A stretch of DNA of 64,000 nucleotides from Candidatus Saccharimonas sp. (GTDB lineage Bacteria > Patescibacteriota > Saccharimonadia > Saccharimonadales > Saccharimonadaceae), in the NCBI GenBank assembly GCA_032229905.1, contig JAVTWQ010000015.1, positions 77,112 through 141,111 on the forward strand, given 5' to 3'. Shown here piece after piece: positions 44,509-53,701 of the stretch; position 1 is the stretch's first letter; each line of letters begins with the position of its first letter. The position numbers and the translations under genes were made by a program. Below the pieces are notes generated by a model that saw only the letters and a program-made list of their open reading frames with translations, was not told where the DNA came from and ran no database searches.

Positions 44509-45697
44509 GATCCCCGCGCCTCACTTCAATACTGAACCCTGGATCAATATCGTATGGTAAAAATCTTTTCTTGATATTTATCTCGCAGGCCTCATCCCAC
44601 CAATCAGAATTCGTAATTCCATCCTCTAATATTATAGATGGGTCAACGACATACCGCCCCTCGGCAAATATATTAGGGATCCTCCAGACAATTTCAACCT
44701 GCTCGCCAGCTTCAATCTTGCCAATATTAATGCCCTCTATCTTGGTGTTTGTCCCCGTAATGTCGCTTCCGCTGGCGCTCCTAATCCTTATCCCAACGAT
44801 AGGTGGTTCAGCTCGTCTTATGGCCTTAATGTGTTGGCGAATGGTTATATAGTCATCTGTCTTTTCGGCACGAATAGAGCTGGTTATAATGTCTCCATTA
44901 CCCCACCTATCGGTACCACCCTGGTAGCTATCCTCGGCTTCATTCTCTAAAAAGAGTTTACTGTATTGCTTTGCGACATCATTAGCGGTCCCTGTACATT
45001 CTATTTTACTGTCGTTAATCAAGACTGCATTATCACAGTATTCACGTATTGCACTCATGTCGTGACTAACGAATATTACTGTTTTTTTATATTTTTTCAA
45101 AGTTTTAAAGTAGTTAAAGCATTTACGTTGAAAATCGGCATCACCGACCGCTAAAACTTCATCGATAAGTAATATCTCAGAATCGGCTAAAATAGTTGCG
45201 ACCGAAAAGGCTAGGCGTACTTGCATGCCACTTGAGTAGTTTTTAAGCTTTTGGTCCATGAACCGTTCAAGCTCAGCAAAACTAACTATACTACTGTATT
45301 TTGCATCAACCTCTTTATCAGAAAAGCCCATAAGAGCACCGTTTAGGTAAACATTCTCACGGCCCGTCAATTCGGGATTAAATCCAACACCTAGTTCGAT
45401 AAATGGCACTAAGCGGCCATTAACTGTAACGCCTCCTTTAGTCGGCTGGTAAATGCCGGCCATTATCTTAAGCAGGGTACTCTTGCCGCTACCATTCCTT
45501 CCAACAATGCCAAAGAATTCACCTTTTTTTACTTCAAAATCTATGTCTTTTAGCGCATGTTGAGTCTCGGTCTTTAAATGAGCCTTACTCTTAAATGGAT
45601 TAACAAACAAGCTCTTAACTGAATCTACCTTTTCATGTGGCAGCTTAAAGTTCTTTGACACATGGTCAACTTTTATGGCTATTTCATCATGCGCCAT
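44501..45697 (-). CDS. wzt: polysaccharide ABC exporter ATP-binding protein with a C-terminal glycan-binding-type domain
   Basis: Walker A GRNGSGKST, signature YSSGMQVRLAF, Walker B ILLIDE, and about 140 extra C-terminal residues (Wzt_C-like). The start is chosen at MAHDEIA (45697) with GGAGGA 8 nt upstream. Confidence 0.85.
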   Translation of the reverse strand: MAHDEIAIKVDHVSKNFKLPHEKVDSVKSLFVNPFKSKAHLKTETQHALKDIDFEVKKGEFFGIVGRNGSGKSTLLKIMAGIYQPTKGGVTVNGRLVPFIELGVGFNPELTGRENVYLNGALMGFSDKEVDAKYSSIVSFAELERFMDQKLKNYSSGMQVRLAFSVATILADSEILLIDEVLAVGDADFQRKCFNYFKTLKKYKKTVIFVSHDMSAIREYCDNAVLINDSKIECTGTANDVAKQYSKLFLENEAEDSYQGGTDRWGNGDIITSSIRAEKTDDYITIRQHIKAIRRAEPPIVGIRIRSASGSDITGTNTKIEGINIGKIEAGEQVEIVWRIPNIFAEGRYVVDPSIILEDGITNSDWWDEACEINIKKRFLPYDIDPGFSIEVRRGDHD

Positions 45698-45698
45698 A

Positions 45699-46523
45699 TT
45701 AAATCTCCTCCGCAAACGTTGGCGATTGGCGCTTAAAATAAATTACCGATAGCACGAACGTTACTATAACAATTACCATTGGCACCGCTTGGATATACCA
45801 TTTATCTATATGATTCCATATAGTTATGGTATCTGTTGATATAGCCGCCCAGCGCGCGTCTTGAATAATCTGAGCCACTGGGCTAAGCAGCATAACCTTA
45901 GAGGCTAAAACCGAAGTCTTAACAACCATGACCATCGGGTAAAATATCGGCGTGGCGTAAAAACCAGCCTGCAAGACTAGTTCCCAGATATAGTTTATGT
46001 CGCGTAGCTTAACGCAAAGGGCGCCCAAAAAGAAAGCGATGGCTAGCGCAAATACATATAGCTCAATTATCAGTGGAACCATAATCAATAGCCTAGGGGT
46101 AAGCTCAACCCCATTTATTACTGTAAATAACAAGACTACTACTAGATTAATCGCAAAGTTAATTAAGGCTGAAAAAGAGGCTGCCACAACAACAACGTAC
46201 CTTGGAAAGTACAATTTACGCATCAGATCGCCCTTACCGACCACAGCCGACATTCCGTTCATGGTGGTTTCGGCAAAAAAATTCCATAGCACTGTACCAA
46301 GTAGCATATATACGGCAAAGTGCGGTATATCAGCTCCAAACTTTAGAAAATGTATAAACACTACATACATCACGGCAAATAAGGCGAGCGGCTTAAGCAG
46401 TGACCAAACATAGCCCAGGGCCGATCCTTTATAGCGGAGCTTAAAGTCTGTGATGACTAATTGTTTTAAAATAATCAAAGAATACTTATACCGGGCAGCC
46501 AGGTTGCGAAAAAAATCTGTCAT
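45699..46523 (-). CDS. wzm: ABC-2 type polysaccharide exporter permease
   Basis: 274 aa with six TM segments, immediately upstream of wzt with a 1-nt gap. Confidence 0.75.
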   Translation of the reverse strand: MTDFFRNLAARYKYSLIILKQLVITDFKLRYKGSALGYVWSLLKPLALFAVMYVVFIHFLKFGADIPHFAVYMLLGTVLWNFFAETTMNGMSAVVGKGDLMRKLYFPRYVVVVAASFSALINFAINLVVVLLFTVINGVELTPRLLIMVPLIIELYVFALAIAFFLGALCVKLRDINYIWELVLQAGFYATPIFYPMVMVVKTSVLASKVMLLSPVAQIIQDARWAAISTDTITIWNHIDKWYIQAVPMVIVIVTFVLSVIYFKRQSPTFAEEI

Positions 46524-46576
46524 CTATCGTATAATTATATACGAAATAGCCATCATTATACATAAAGGAGCGTAAC

Positions 46577-47503
46577 ATGCCACAAAATATTATCGTGACC
46601 GGCGTGAATGGTTTTGTCGGCGAGCATGTCGTAGACTCATTTAACAATGATTCCTTTGCGGTCATCGGGCTTGCTTATAACCCTGAGCCAAATAACAAGG
46701 TGGCTGGTAAGCTTGCCAGCTACCAGCCTTGTAACCTATTAGACGAATCTGCCGTTGAAACCGTTAGCCTAGATAATGTCCATGCCATTATTCACCTAGC
46801 GGGCCTATCAGCAGTCGGGGAGTCATTTGAGCAACCCCATAGGTATATTACAGAGAATGCCCTAATGACATATAACCTTCTTAGCTATGCCCATAATAAT
46901 CAGTTTAAGGGTCGTATAGTGGTAGTTAGCACGGGGGCACTTTATGCCTCCTCGCAGCCCCTGCCATTGTCGGAGCAGTCTGCCACTAGCCCAAGCTCAC
47001 CCTATGCTATTGGCAAACTTTCGACCGAACACGTTGTTAGCTATTTTAGTAACCGTGGGCTTGACGCGATATCAGTAAGGCCATTTAACCATATTGGGCC
47101 TGGCCAAGGTGAGGGCTTTATCTTACCAGACCTTTATAAGCAGCTCCAATCTGCCAACGAAACCGGTGAAATGTTAGTTGGTAACATCAAAACTAAGCGA
47201 GATTACACTGATGTACGCGATGTCGCCTCGGCCTATAAGGCACTGGCTCTAGCCAAAAGCCTAAGCCACCAACTATACAATATCTGTAGTGGCCACAGCG
47301 TATCAGGTATAGAAATGCTCGATCTGTTACAAAAAGAGGTCGGGCTTAATAATGTTAATGTTGTAATTGACCCTTCAAAGATTAGACCAACTGATGTTAT
47401 GGATATATACGGAGATGCCTCGCGGCTCCACTCTGAACTTGGGTGGGAGCCAAAAATACCTTTGCAGAAGACCATCCAAGACTTTGTTAAATCTAATCAA
47501 TAA
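46577..47503 (+). CDS. rmd: GDP-4-dehydro-6-deoxy-D-mannose reductase (SDR family)
   Basis: VTGVNGFVGEHV Rossmann motif, PYAIGKL (YxxxK), and RPFNHIGPGQ, the last identical to the corresponding segment of P. aeruginosa Rmd as I recall it. Convergent with gmd. AAGGAG RBS. Confidence 0.65.
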   Translation: MPQNIIVTGVNGFVGEHVVDSFNNDSFAVIGLAYNPEPNNKVAGKLASYQPCNLLDESAVETVSLDNVHAIIHLAGLSAVGESFEQPHRYITENALMTYNLLSYAHNNQFKGRIVVVSTGALYASSQPLPLSEQSATSPSSPYAIGKLSTEHVVSYFSNRGLDAISVRPFNHIGPGQGEGFILPDLYKQLQSANETGEMLVGNIKTKRDYTDVRDVASAYKALALAKSLSHQLYNICSGHSVSGIEMLDLLQKEVGLNNVNVVIDPSKIRPTDVMDIYGDASRLHSELGWEPKIPLQKTIQDFVKSNQ

Positions 47504-47545
47504 AAATACCCCAGCCCAAAACTTTAGGCCGGGGCAAATTGCTTT
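47501..47545. terminator. bidirectional terminator between rmd and gmd
   Basis: CCCCAGCC (47509-47516) pairs with GGCCGGGG (47527-47534) at 7 of 8 positions, flanked by an A-tract and a T-rich run. Confidence 0.6.
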
Positions 47546-47553
47546 CTTATGGT

Positions 47554-48582
47554 TTAAGCTTCGACTTCTAGATCATGAGCAACCATCAGCTTTACTAGGC
47601 CAGGGAAATCAACCTTTCGGCTCCAACCTAGCTCGGTCTCAGCTAATGCAGGGTTACCCAGTAGTAAATCAACCTCAGCTGGCCTAAAGAAATCTGGGTT
47701 TATGGTAATTAAGGCCTTACCGGTTGCTTTATCAACGCCCTTTTCATCAACACCGCTACCTTGCCACTCAATATCAACCCCAATCTCCTTGAAGGCTAGC
47801 TCGCAGAACTCACGGATAGAATGAGTTTCACCTGTGGCTAGCACGTAATCCTTGGGCTGATCCTGCTGTAACATCCGCCACATGCCTTCTACATAGTCGC
47901 CAGCGTAGCCCCAGTCGCGCATAGAATCAAGGTTACCTAGCTCAATATGGTCTTGCTTGCCGAGCTTTATGCGGGCCACGGCATTAGTAACCTTGCGTGT
48001 TACAAACTCTATACCCCGCCTATCACCTTCGTGGTTAAATAAAATTCCAGATACAGCATACATATTGTAGCTCTCACGGTAGTTACCCGTTATCCAGTAA
48101 CCGTAAAGTTTGGCTACACCATAGGGGCTGCGTGGGTGAAACTGTGATTTCTCATCATAGCCAACATCTGGTCGATTATACTCGAGCCCGCCAAACATCT
48201 CTGATGTAGAGGCCTGGTAAAAACGAACTTTGTTCTCTGGATCTGTTAACCTAATAGCTTCCAGTATATTTAATACGCCAGCCGCTGTAACATCAGCGGT
48301 TAGTTGTGGGTTCTTAAACGAGTAGCCAACATGGCTGACGGCCGCCAGGTTATAGACTTCATCTGGTTCTGCCGTTTTCATAGCCCGGATAAGCGAAGAT
48401 GTATCGGTTAGATCGGCCTCGATAAGGTGAACATATGGAAACTCTTGTTCAGTCTGACGACGCTTCGGGTTGTGCTGTCCCCTTATAATCGCGTAAATTT
48501 CATAGCCTTTATCGTGTAGTAATGCTGCCAAGTGGCCACCGTCTTGGCCTGTAATACCGGTAATTAATGCACGTTTTTGCAT
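47554..48582 (-). CDS. gmd: GDP-mannose 4,6-dehydratase
   Basis: KRALITGITGQDGGHLAALLHDKGYEIYAIIR and the overall pattern are typical of Gmd. 342 aa. Confidence 0.9.
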   Translation of the reverse strand: MQKRALITGITGQDGGHLAALLHDKGYEIYAIIRGQHNPKRRQTEQEFPYVHLIEADLTDTSSLIRAMKTAEPDEVYNLAAVSHVGYSFKNPQLTADVTAAGVLNILEAIRLTDPENKVRFYQASTSEMFGGLEYNRPDVGYDEKSQFHPRSPYGVAKLYGYWITGNYRESYNMYAVSGILFNHEGDRRGIEFVTRKVTNAVARIKLGKQDHIELGNLDSMRDWGYAGDYVEGMWRMLQQDQPKDYVLATGETHSIREFCELAFKEIGVDIEWQGSGVDEKGVDKATGKALITINPDFFRPAEVDLLLGNPALAETELGWSRKVDFPGLVKLMVAHDLEVEA

Positions 48583-48722
48583 AGTGATTAAAATTACTCC
48601 CCTGATGTTTAAGATTGGTAGATAATACCCTTATTATACACTACCGCCTCAGATGGCTTTAGTTATTAATACCCCAATCATCATCTCCATAATATGACAA
48701 TTCGCGCTATACTAAGTGTAGT

Positions 48723-49667
48723 ATGAAAAAGAAGCTAACTATACTTATACCGGCCTATAACGAAGAGGCCGTTTTGCCGATGCTACAAAAAAGACTGGTC
48801 TCGCTAGCTGATAGCTTACCAGGCTATAACCTAGAATTTTTATTTATTAATGATGGCAGCCGCGACAATACTATGCAGATTATTCGTGACTGGGCCGAAC
48901 AAGACGCTAGGGTTAGCTACGTCAACTTTAGCCGCAACTTTGGTAAAGAAATTGGTATGCTAGCTGGTTTTGACCACATAAAAAGTGATGCCACTGTTAT
49001 TATCGATGCCGACTTGCAAGATCCACCAGAACTGATACCTGATATGGTCAAACTATGGGAACAGGGCTATGACGACGTTTACGCAAAGCGTAAAACACGC
49101 GACGGTGAAACCTGGCTCAAAAAGAAAACCAGCGAGTTTTACTATAAAGTTCTACAAAAATCGACCCGCATTCCAATCCAGCGCGACACTGGTGATTTTA
49201 GGTTACTTAGCCAGCGCTGCATAACTGCCCTTACTCAGTTACGTGAAAGTGAGCGCAATACTAAGGCTCTATTTAGCTGGATAGGCTACAAAAAGAAAGA
49301 GATTTTATACGACCGTGACCCTCGTGCCGCTGGCGTTACCAAATGGAACTACGCCAAGCTAGTCGAGCTAGCCCTCGATGGCATCACTAGCTTTACGGTG
49401 GCTCCACTTAGGATAGCCACTTACTTTGGCGTATTAATATCACTCGCGGCCTTCATATATATCGCCTACTTACTTATCCGCCCCCTATTTGGCGTCGCTA
49501 CCGTGGCTGGTTACTCCTCGACCATGGCGGTTATATTGTTCCTGGGCGGCGTACAACTACTTAGCCTTGGAATAATTGGTGAGTACGTTGGCCGGATTTT
49601 TAAAGAGACCAAGAGCCGACCACTATACCTAGTCGATGAGTACCATGACGGATACGCTAAAAAATAG
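48723..49667 (+). CDS. polyprenol-phosphate glycosyltransferase (GT2, GtrB-like), second paralogue
   Basis: ILIPAYNEE, INDGSRDNT and DADLQDPP motifs, with two C-terminal TM helices. Confidence 0.8.
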   Translation: MKKKLTILIPAYNEEAVLPMLQKRLVSLADSLPGYNLEFLFINDGSRDNTMQIIRDWAEQDARVSYVNFSRNFGKEIGMLAGFDHIKSDATVIIDADLQDPPELIPDMVKLWEQGYDDVYAKRKTRDGETWLKKKTSEFYYKVLQKSTRIPIQRDTGDFRLLSQRCITALTQLRESERNTKALFSWIGYKKKEILYDRDPRAAGVTKWNYAKLVELALDGITSFTVAPLRIATYFGVLISLAAFIYIAYLLIRPLFGVATVAGYSSTMAVILFLGGVQLLSLGIIGEYVGRIFKETKSRPLYLVDEYHDGYAKK

Positions 49668-50064
49668 TAAATTGGCCCGTTTTATGGCCATTGGTGGAAT
49701 TAACACGCTAATTGATTTTGGGTTACTATTTGCTTTAACCAAACTTGGGCTACCAGTGATTGTGGCTAACACTATTTCGACTACGGTTGCCTTTATATTC
49801 AGCTTTTTTATGAACAAAAAGTATACGTTTAAGACAACCGATACCAATATTAAGCGTGAGGTTGTGCTTTTTGTCGCGTTTACCTTGTTTGGACTATGGG
49901 TGTTACAAAACGCTGTAATTATCGGCCTTAAACCACTGGTTACATCGTTCGGTTTTAGTGATTCGATCGCCGCTCTCATCGCTAAAATCCCAGCCACAAT
50001 CATAAGTATGGCCTGGAACTACCTCACCTATGACCGTTTTGTCTTTAAGCGTAAGTCTAGCTAA
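49636..50064 (+). CDS. GtrA-family membrane protein
   Basis: 142 aa with four TM segments. ARFMAIGGINTLIDFGLLFAL is typical of GtrA. Overlaps the GT2 gene by 32 nt. Confidence 0.75.
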   Translation: MSTMTDTLKNSKLARFMAIGGINTLIDFGLLFALTKLGLPVIVANTISTTVAFIFSFFMNKKYTFKTTDTNIKREVVLFVAFTLFGLWVLQNAVIIGLKPLVTSFGFSDSIAALIAKIPATIISMAWNYLTYDRFVFKRKSS

Positions 50065-50136
50065 AGCCCCCTAGGCTGCGAACACCTCAACCTGGCCTTT
50101 GTCGTCACACCTACAATAACTTATACTTAATACTGT

Positions 50137-51243
50137 ATGCATATCGTTCTAGATGTAAGGATATTAGAAACCAGCACCGGCCGCTACATGCAGCGCCTTA
50201 TTGAACATATCAATGATAAATACTGTAACGATGGCCACAAATATACGGCTATTATGCCCAATAAATATGTTAAAAAGTGGCAACACCGGCTACCAAACTT
50301 ATCAATAGTTGGTAGTGATGCTAAATGGTATACCATGAGTGAGCAGATTCAGTTTCGGAGCTTGCTTGCATCGCTTAAGCCGGATCTAGTCCACTTTACT
50401 ATGCCTCAGCAGCCTATTTTATGGCACGGCAAATCTATAACGACCGTGCATGATATGACCCTAATTCGTTTTGATAATATCGACTCAAGCGATAACAAAT
50501 ATGTTTATAAATTCAAAAAGTCTGTTTTTAACATACTTATGCAAAAGATTATGCGCGGGAGTAGTGCTATTATTACGCCAACCAACTTTGTCCGCAAGGA
50601 CCTAGGCCTAGTATATGGAGAGCGCTTTTTGCCAAAAATCCACGTAACCTATGAGGCCGGCGAAATACCAGATGAAAAGCCCGAGCCCCTAACAGATTTT
50701 ATTGGGGTAGACTATATCTGCACAGTTGGTAACATGTTCCCGTATAAAAACGTGGAGCGAGTCGTGCTCGCCTTTGAACAGGCTGTTAAGCAGTTCCCTA
50801 AGCTTCACTTACTTTGCGCTGGTAAAAAAGATGAGTTCTCAGATAAGCTTGAAGCCCTGGTATTAGAACGGGGCATACCCAATGTTCACTTTTTAGGGTT
50901 CATCACCGATGGCGAGAAGCGCTGGCTATTAGAAAACTCTAAGGCCTATGTAACCGCCTCGCTGTCTGAAGGTTTTTGCATACCGGTGCTAGAGGCCATG
51001 TACGCAGGCTGTCCGGTTATATCGAGTAACGCTAGCTGCCTGCCAGAAACCGGTGGTAAGGCCGCCCTTTACTTTGACCCAAGCTCGACCGATGAGCTAA
51101 CCGAAAAGATAGTCGATATCATGAACAATGAGCCCTTACGACAATCGCTTATCAAAAAGGGCTTGGTACACGTCAATAATTTTAGTTGGGAAAAGATGGC
51201 AAAGCAAACTCACGCTATCTACGAGCAGGTTCTAAAACCTTAA
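50137..51243 (+). CDS. glycosyltransferase family 4
   Basis: SEGFCIPVLEAMYAGCPVISS motif. Confidence 0.75.
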   Translation: MHIVLDVRILETSTGRYMQRLIEHINDKYCNDGHKYTAIMPNKYVKKWQHRLPNLSIVGSDAKWYTMSEQIQFRSLLASLKPDLVHFTMPQQPILWHGKSITTVHDMTLIRFDNIDSSDNKYVYKFKKSVFNILMQKIMRGSSAIITPTNFVRKDLGLVYGERFLPKIHVTYEAGEIPDEKPEPLTDFIGVDYICTVGNMFPYKNVERVVLAFEQAVKQFPKLHLLCAGKKDEFSDKLEALVLERGIPNVHFLGFITDGEKRWLLENSKAYVTASLSEGFCIPVLEAMYAGCPVISSNASCLPETGGKAALYFDPSSTDELTEKIVDIMNNEPLRQSLIKKGLVHVNNFSWEKMAKQTHAIYEQVLKP

Positions 51244-52616
51244 AGTCGCATTTCTTTAAAGGCTTTTTGCAACAGATCTAGCATGACAGAATAAGTTTCA
51301 ATACTTGTGCCGCGCTCGTTGGTATATAGGTACACTACGTTATCGACTACCTCTATATTTACATCAAACGGCAAAGCTTCGAGCTGCTCCATATAGGTCG
51401 GGTTAAGTAGTTCAAAGCTTGTAGCTTGCTCGGGTGCGCTAGCATACACTTCATACTTTTTATTAAACTGAGTCCATTCGGTCTCAACCCGTTCTAGCCC
51501 CCGGATCGGTAGCTGCAGGGTCTTTTTACGCCGTACCACAATATTGCCGTATTCACGAGGCACATTCACCTGGGCCACTACATAAGCTTTAGTGTTATTT
51601 TGCGGGTCTTTAACGTAGCTATACAGTTGCACCAACATTTCGCCCTTATATAGGCCTACTATGTGGTTATTGATATCTGAGGTACCAAACTTAGCCCCAC
51701 CAAACAGTTGCCCACGCTTTGGTATAAACAGCCAGCCCATATCTGGGCTATAGCAATATTTATTCTGCTGGGCTAGTAATTGTAGCTGGTTATTATTAGT
51801 ATACGGGTTAGCCGTCGCCTGGCTAATTACGTCTAGTAGCCAAGTATCGCCACTACGCCTAAACGTCCAGTATTCGGTAAAGCTGCTCGTATCCTTAAAT
51901 ATCAGGCTATCGTCAAGCGCCTCCACTAAGCTGTCCTCAGCCGAAGCGCTAAACCCAACTGTATAATAATCGCTGTTATTGTCTTCGGCATCATTCATAT
52001 CAATAATTTGAGCATTACTTATATGAACATTTTCCATAATGTCTTTGCGCTTCATGGTCTTAAGGGTAAAGACTAGTAGCGAAGCGTGGTAATGATACTG
52101 CGGCGTCATATAAGTTTTCATTGAAGCCGTATTTTGGCTAGACCAATCCTGCTGGTATTTTAGGAAGGTCTTTGTGGCATGATCTAGTAGCTTCTGCTCG
52201 TCCCAAGCGGCATCGGCCTCGGCGGCTTTTTGTAAGCGTCCTCTCATGAGCGGGCTCTGTTTTATCTTGTCAAACCAGCCGTATAACCCAGCTGCCATAC
52301 CTACTAAGGCGGCTGCCCCAATAATCCAACCCATGAAAGCCCAGGTATTAACCCAGAACATAGCGTAAAATATTGCGATAGGCCAGCCAATAAGTGATGC
52401 AACGACCGCCATAGCTAGGCTTTTCTTTTTTAGCCTGGCTAAAAGCGAACCTACAAAGTGCATAGGCAAGTAGCCAAACAGGACTTCGATACCGCCACCG
52501 GATCCTCCTGAACCACCAGAGCCTCCACCGCCCCCGCCACCACCAGAGCCGCCTCCGCCAGCACGAGCAAGCTGCTCTAAGAGCAGCAGTGTCTCGTGAG
52601 GCAGGAGGCTAAACAC
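51240..52616 (-). CDS. membrane protein with an N-terminal poly-Gly/Ser tract, a Tim44-like region and a DUF3137-like C-terminus (tentative)
   Basis: GGGGSGGGGGGGGSGGSGGSGGG at residues 20-42, two or three TM segments, then a soluble region. Sits directly downstream of lemA, a pairing I recall as common. Confidence 0.45.
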   Translation of the reverse strand: MFSLLPHETLLLLEQLARAGGGGSGGGGGGGGSGGSGGSGGGIEVLFGYLPMHFVGSLLARLKKKSLAMAVVASLIGWPIAIFYAMFWVNTWAFMGWIIGAAALVGMAAGLYGWFDKIKQSPLMRGRLQKAAEADAAWDEQKLLDHATKTFLKYQQDWSSQNTASMKTYMTPQYHYHASLLVFTLKTMKRKDIMENVHISNAQIIDMNDAEDNNSDYYTVGFSASAEDSLVEALDDSLIFKDTSSFTEYWTFRRSGDTWLLDVISQATANPYTNNNQLQLLAQQNKYCYSPDMGWLFIPKRGQLFGGAKFGTSDINNHIVGLYKGEMLVQLYSYVKDPQNNTKAYVVAQVNVPREYGNIVVRRKKTLQLPIRGLERVETEWTQFNKKYEVYASAPEQATSFELLNPTYMEQLEALPFDVNIEVVDNVVYLYTNERGTSIETYSVMLDLLQKAFKEMRL

Positions 52617-52634
52617 TAGTGAACCAGCCTATTA

Positions 52635-53210
52635 TTAAAACTTTACTTCGACTGGTTTTTCGATTTGAGCCTTTTCAGCTTCGCTTACATCAAAGAATTC
52701 TTTGTCTTGGTTAAAACCTAGCATGCCAGCAAATATGTTGGTTGGGAACACTTTACGCTTAGTGTTAAATGACGTTACGGCGCTGTTATAGAAGCGGCGG
52801 CTAGCGCTAATTTTATCCTCAGTATCAGTTACCTGAGCCTGTAGCTCCATAAAGTTTTGGTTAGCCTTTAGGTCAGGGTAGCTCTCAGCTACAGCAAATA
52901 AGCTTTTTAGGGCACCAGATAGCTCACCATCAGCCTTAGCAGCAGCAGCTGGGCCAGCCTGGGTAGCGGTCATAATAGCCGAACGGGCCTCAGTTACCTT
53001 AGTAAATACTCCACTTTCGTGGGCAGCGTAGCCTTTTACGGTTTCGACAAGGTTAGGGATTAAGTCGGCCCGGCGTTTTAGCTGCACTGTAATGCCACTC
53101 CAAGCTTCGTTGGCCTTTACATCTGAACGGACTAATCCGTTATACATCCCAGCAAAAATTGCGACCAGTACCAGTACAATGGCAACTGCTATAATTATTC
53201 CTACTAACAT
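52635..53210 (-). CDS. lemA: LemA family protein
   Basis: N-terminal TM, then YNGLVRSDVKANEAWSGITVQLKRRADLIPNLV, the typical LemA signature. GGAGG RBS. Confidence 0.85.
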   Translation of the reverse strand: MLVGIIIAVAIVLVLVAIFAGMYNGLVRSDVKANEAWSGITVQLKRRADLIPNLVETVKGYAAHESGVFTKVTEARSAIMTATQAGPAAAAKADGELSGALKSLFAVAESYPDLKANQNFMELQAQVTDTEDKISASRRFYNSAVTSFNTKRKVFPTNIFAGMLGFNQDKEFFDVSEAEKAQIEKPVEVKF

Positions 53211-53239
53211 TTTTGTTCCTCCTTATTTACCTTACTTAA

Positions 53240-53701
53240 TTATGAACTCTTTTGCGCAATAATAATATGCCTATCGTGTCCTTCGCCTTCGCTAAAGGTC
53301 TCGATATCATCGTACTCACCAGCTACACGGTGAACTACACGCCTGTCAGCTGCGTTTATCCGGGCTACGTAAGAATCACCACTCTGGCGTACGCCCTCTA
53401 TCCATTCGCGGGCCTTTTCAGCTAGCTTTTCTTCACGCTGCTTTTTATAATCGGCTACGTCTACATTTACGCGCACTAGCTCAGCGTTGTGGCTCCTGAG
53501 GGCCGTGCTAACAATAAACTGCAAACTACGCAATGTCTCGGCATTACGGCCAATCAAGATACTATTTAAATCGGATGTTTCAATATGAAGGTTAATAACC
53601 TCATCTTCAACACTCGCCTCGACCGCAAGGTTCTGCCCAAAGAACGCTATGATATTTTGTAAATACTGCTGCGCAAAATCTAACGCTTCTTCCTGGTTCA
53701 T
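53240..53701 (-). CDS. jag: Jag/KhpB-type RNA-binding protein (KH and R3H domains)
   Basis: R3H segment RRVVHRVAGEYDDIETFSEGEGHDRHIII. Sits immediately downstream of yidC with overlapping stop and start. Confidence 0.75.
   Translation of the reverse strand: MNQEEALDFAQQYLQNIIAFFGQNLAVEASVEDEVINLHIETSDLNSILIGRNAETLRSLQFIVSTALRSHNAELVRVNVDVADYKKQREEKLAEKAREWIEGVRQSGDSYVARINAADRRVVHRVAGEYDDIETFSEGEGHDRHIIIAQKSS

Noticed and set aside
47504-47545. A third copy of the AAAATACCCCAG hairpin repeat between rmd and gmd
   Set aside because: It shares the 12-mer and a CAAAACT-like loop with copies A and B, but it forms a different GC stem and lacks the tRNA-end mimic. It is best explained as an ordinary bidirectional terminator, and the similarity may be a shared terminator style.
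52490-52570. GC-rich short tandem repeats (possible CRISPR, VNTR or non-coding repeat)
   Set aside because: The repeats lie in frame inside a long ORF and encode a Gly/Ser tract. There is no repeat-spacer periodicity.
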